From Candidatus Sericytochromatia bacterium (GTDB lineage Bacteria > Cyanobacteriota > Sericytochromatia > S15B-MN24 > JAQBPE01), in assembly GCA_035285125.1 (NCBI GenBank), contig JAYKHR010000159.1, positions 23,733 through 47,732 of the forward strand: a stretch of 24,000 nucleotides of DNA, in the 5' to 3' direction. A model generated the notes under the pieces. The model was not told the origin of the DNA. It worked only from the letters and a program-made list of their open reading frames with translations, and ran no database searches. This document shows positions 23,054 through 24,000 of this stretch, one piece after another. The stretch's first letter is position 1; each line of letters starts with the position of its first letter. The position numbers were made by a program, and so were the translations under genes.

Positions 23054-24000
23054 CGGGTCAGGAGCAGCGAGAGGGGCTGGTGCCCGGAGGGCAGCTCGCG
23101 CAGGAGCTTCTTGTTGACGGGGTCGATCTCCAGCACGGCGTTGTAGCCCGTGGCCGTCACGTAGATCAGGCCAGTGGCAGGGTCCGTGACCACCAGCGAG
23201 GGGCTGGGGTGCACGCCGAGCGAGGCCTCGACCACCCCCCGCTCGGCGTCGATCACCTGCACCACCGGCGGCTTGGAGTGCAGGCACGTGACGTAGAGCC
23301 GGCGGCCATCAGGGCTCAGCGAGAGCCCGGTCGGGGCAGAGCCCGTCTCGATCCAGCGGGCGACGGCGCGGCGCTCGGTGTCGAAGACCGCGATCTGGTT
23401 GGTCGAGCGGTAGCCCACGTACAGGCTGCGCCCGTCGCGGCTGAACACGCCGTCGAAGGGAACGGTGTGCGACATCTCGATCGTGGCGAGCCGTTGGGCC
23501 ATGGCCGCGTCGTGCACCGTGACCCAGCTGCGCTTCACGCCGAGCGGGGCGTCGTGCTGGAAGTCTTCCTTCTTGGCGGCCGGCAGGCCACCCTTCGCGT
23601 GCGGGTCGTAGGTCTTGTCCTCCGGTTCGAAACGGTGGAGCACCCAGATCTCGCCGCTACGCGGATGCACCACCATGTTGGCAGGCGCGGCCTGAGGCGG
23701 CAGGTCGGGAAAGGTCACGGCGCGCACGGTTTTACCCGCATCCACGTCCAGCCACGTCACGGATCGCCGGCGCAACTCGTTGACCATGAGGTAGCGCCCC
23801 GAGGGGTCGAACGCGAGGGCGTTGGGCAAGCTGCCGATGGCAAACTGGTTGTGGCACTCATAACAGGAGGTGGCCTTCGCCAGGCGCCCGGGGGGCAGCT
23901 TGCGGTGCGCCGCGTTGTCGGGCACCTCGCCGACGAGGATGTCTTGCACCCGCCGCTCCGTCGCGACGTCGATGGCGGACACGCTCTGCGAGCCGACGTT
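23050..24000 (-). CDS. YVTN/YncE-type beta-propeller repeat protein with an embedded CXXCH motif; N-terminus beyond window edge
   Basis: The frame stays open to nt 24000 (the listed M at 23982 is a GTG; upstream reads NVGSQS). Repeated blade signatures: PNALAFDPSGRYLMVNE, FDGVFSRDGRSLYVGY, PTGLSLSPDGRRLYVTC, VVTDPATGLIYVTATGYNAVLEID. CYECH is encoded at 23851-23865. Confidence 0.75.
   Translation of the reverse strand, partial: NVGSQSVSAIDVATERRVQDILVGEVPDNAAHRKLPPGRLAKATSCYECHNQFAIGSLPNALAFDPSGRYLMVNELRRRSVTWLDVDAGKTVRAVTFPDLPPQAAPANMVVHPRSGEIWVLHRFEPEDKTYDPHAKGGLPAAKKEDFQHDAPLGVKRSWVTVHDAAMAQRLATIEMSHTVPFDGVFSRDGRSLYVGYRSTNQIAVFDTERRAVARWIETGSAPTGLSLSPDGRRLYVTCLHSKPPVVQVIDAERGVVEASLGVHPSPSLVVTDPATGLIYVTATGYNAVLEIDPVNKKLLRELPSGHQPLSLLLTR

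Noticed and set aside
1-24000. Looked for CRISPR arrays, tRNA/rRNA/tmRNA genes, IS elements, integrases, toxin-antitoxin pairs and known defence-system signatures.
   Set aside because: None found by eye. There are no spaced direct-repeat arrays and no tRNA T-loop/acceptor patterns in the intergenic regions. No ORF has transposase, integrase, nuclease or NTPase defence motifs. A computational scan (tRNAscan-SE, Infernal/Rfam, PADLOC/DefenseFinder) would be needed for certainty.

Overview
This is a GC-rich bacterial chromosomal segment, roughly two-thirds G+C by eye (not computed). All coordinates were hand-indexed from the sequence. Genes use GGAGG-type Shine-Dalgarno (SD) sites and several are joined by 4-nt start/stop overlaps.

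Gene content falls into four blocks:
- nt 1-5225 (+): a type IV pilus assembly operon. It holds a prepilin peptidase (5' end cut by the window edge), pilM, pilN, pilO, a PilP-like gene and a compact pilQ secretin.
- nt 5314-6825 (+): a dimeric-type glycyl-tRNA synthetase.
- nt 6836-11111 (-): a GT39/PMT-like membrane glycosyltransferase, then spoVS, ymdB and rny. The last three keep the order known from Bacillus.
- nt 11.3-24 kb: an accessory-looking island and the most interesting part of the window.

The island carries four large paralogous exported proteins with lipobox-like signal peptides and NHL-type beta-propellers, in two architectural classes. Class I (A, B) has a CarboxypepD_reg-like domain, TIG, Big_2 and six NHL blades. 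Class II (C, D) has a CarboxypepD_reg-like domain, a helical region I cannot place, and a degenerate NHL propeller.

Also in the island are a zymogen-like M14 zinc carboxypeptidase lipoprotein and a well-supported 64-aa small ORF. A sharply AT-rich divergent control region with repeated motifs separates the M14 gene from C. A convergent, partial YVTN-type beta-propeller gene carrying a CXXCH motif sits at the right edge.

I saw no tRNA, rRNA, CRISPR array, transposase or integrase. The island's function cannot be assigned from sequence alone. I flag it as a candidate uncharacterised cell-envelope or surface system, not a recognised one.
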